A stretch of 52,254 bases of DNA from the NCBI GenBank assembly GCA_001938485.1, contig MQRK01174037.1, forward strand, positions 1 to 52,254, in the 5' to 3' direction. Origin of the DNA: Girardia tigrina (Eukaryota). Positions 51,771-52,254 of the stretch are shown here, piece after piece; the stretch's first letter is position 1, and every line of letters begins with the position of its first letter. A program made the translations under genes and the position numbers. A model generated the notes under the pieces. It saw only the letters and a list, made by a program, of their open reading frames with translations. It ran no database searches and had not been told where the DNA came from.

Positions 51771-52254
51771 CAATGATGATCATCAGTACTATTTTTATCA
51801 CCTTTAGATCTTTAAAATATGTGGTCACTGAATAAGAATAACTTCTATACATGTTTACATGTTATCCAAAAGCAGTTCATCATCTCAAAATAGATGATTA
51901 TTTAGATTAATTTTCCTTAGTTTTCGTAAGCAACTTTTTGTTCTTATTTTTAAATGGATTTAAGGAACAGCTTTTATTTTAATTTTTAGATCCTGTGATA
52001 ATTTATTCTAATAGCCTAGAATATTCTCTTGTTTCTTTGAATTATTCTAATTTAGTAACTATCTTCAGTATGTTAAGTCGAGGAAATGGTTCTCGGGGAC
52101 CATCAAACACGTGTTTTGACTGTCCATATATATCAAAAAAAACAAAAAACTCGCAAAACTTCAAAGATTGTCAGGTGTAACAAAATTTAATGTTAAGAAT
52201 TCTTTAATTAACTTATCTAACTTTGAGCTAACTAATGAGGAACGGGAAATTTTA

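Overview
Very AT-rich eukaryotic DNA, almost certainly animal. It is transposon-dense and I see no intact protein-coding gene. It has two N gaps (14479-15331, 25739-25788). The window is a nested pile of decayed elements: Ty3/Gypsy pieces and solo LTRs with 5-bp TSDs, two RTE-like LINEs, Penelope RT and GIY-YIG pieces, several hAT lineages (two with perfect 8-bp nnnTAnnn TSDs), two pogo/Tigger elements, Tc1/IS630 and mariner remnants, a piggyBac end, MULE-type MITEs and a Helentron-type HINE. Between them lie decayed, intron-containing fragments of unrelated host genes: a clear RSK/RPS6KA kinase exon, and weaker MA3-domain, INTS1-, PTEN- and possibly DNMT1-like pieces. Their introns are very short (27-60 nt), which suggests a compact-intron invertebrate; that taxonomy is inference only. 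The most novel-looking features are a Tc1/IS630-type element whose transposase begins with a complete RING-H2 finger (46398-48030), an unclassified composite repeat resembling a viral or Polinton terminus (6060-7530), and an RTE LINE ending in three C2H2 fingers. All protein family calls were made by eye from manual translation, not from database searches.
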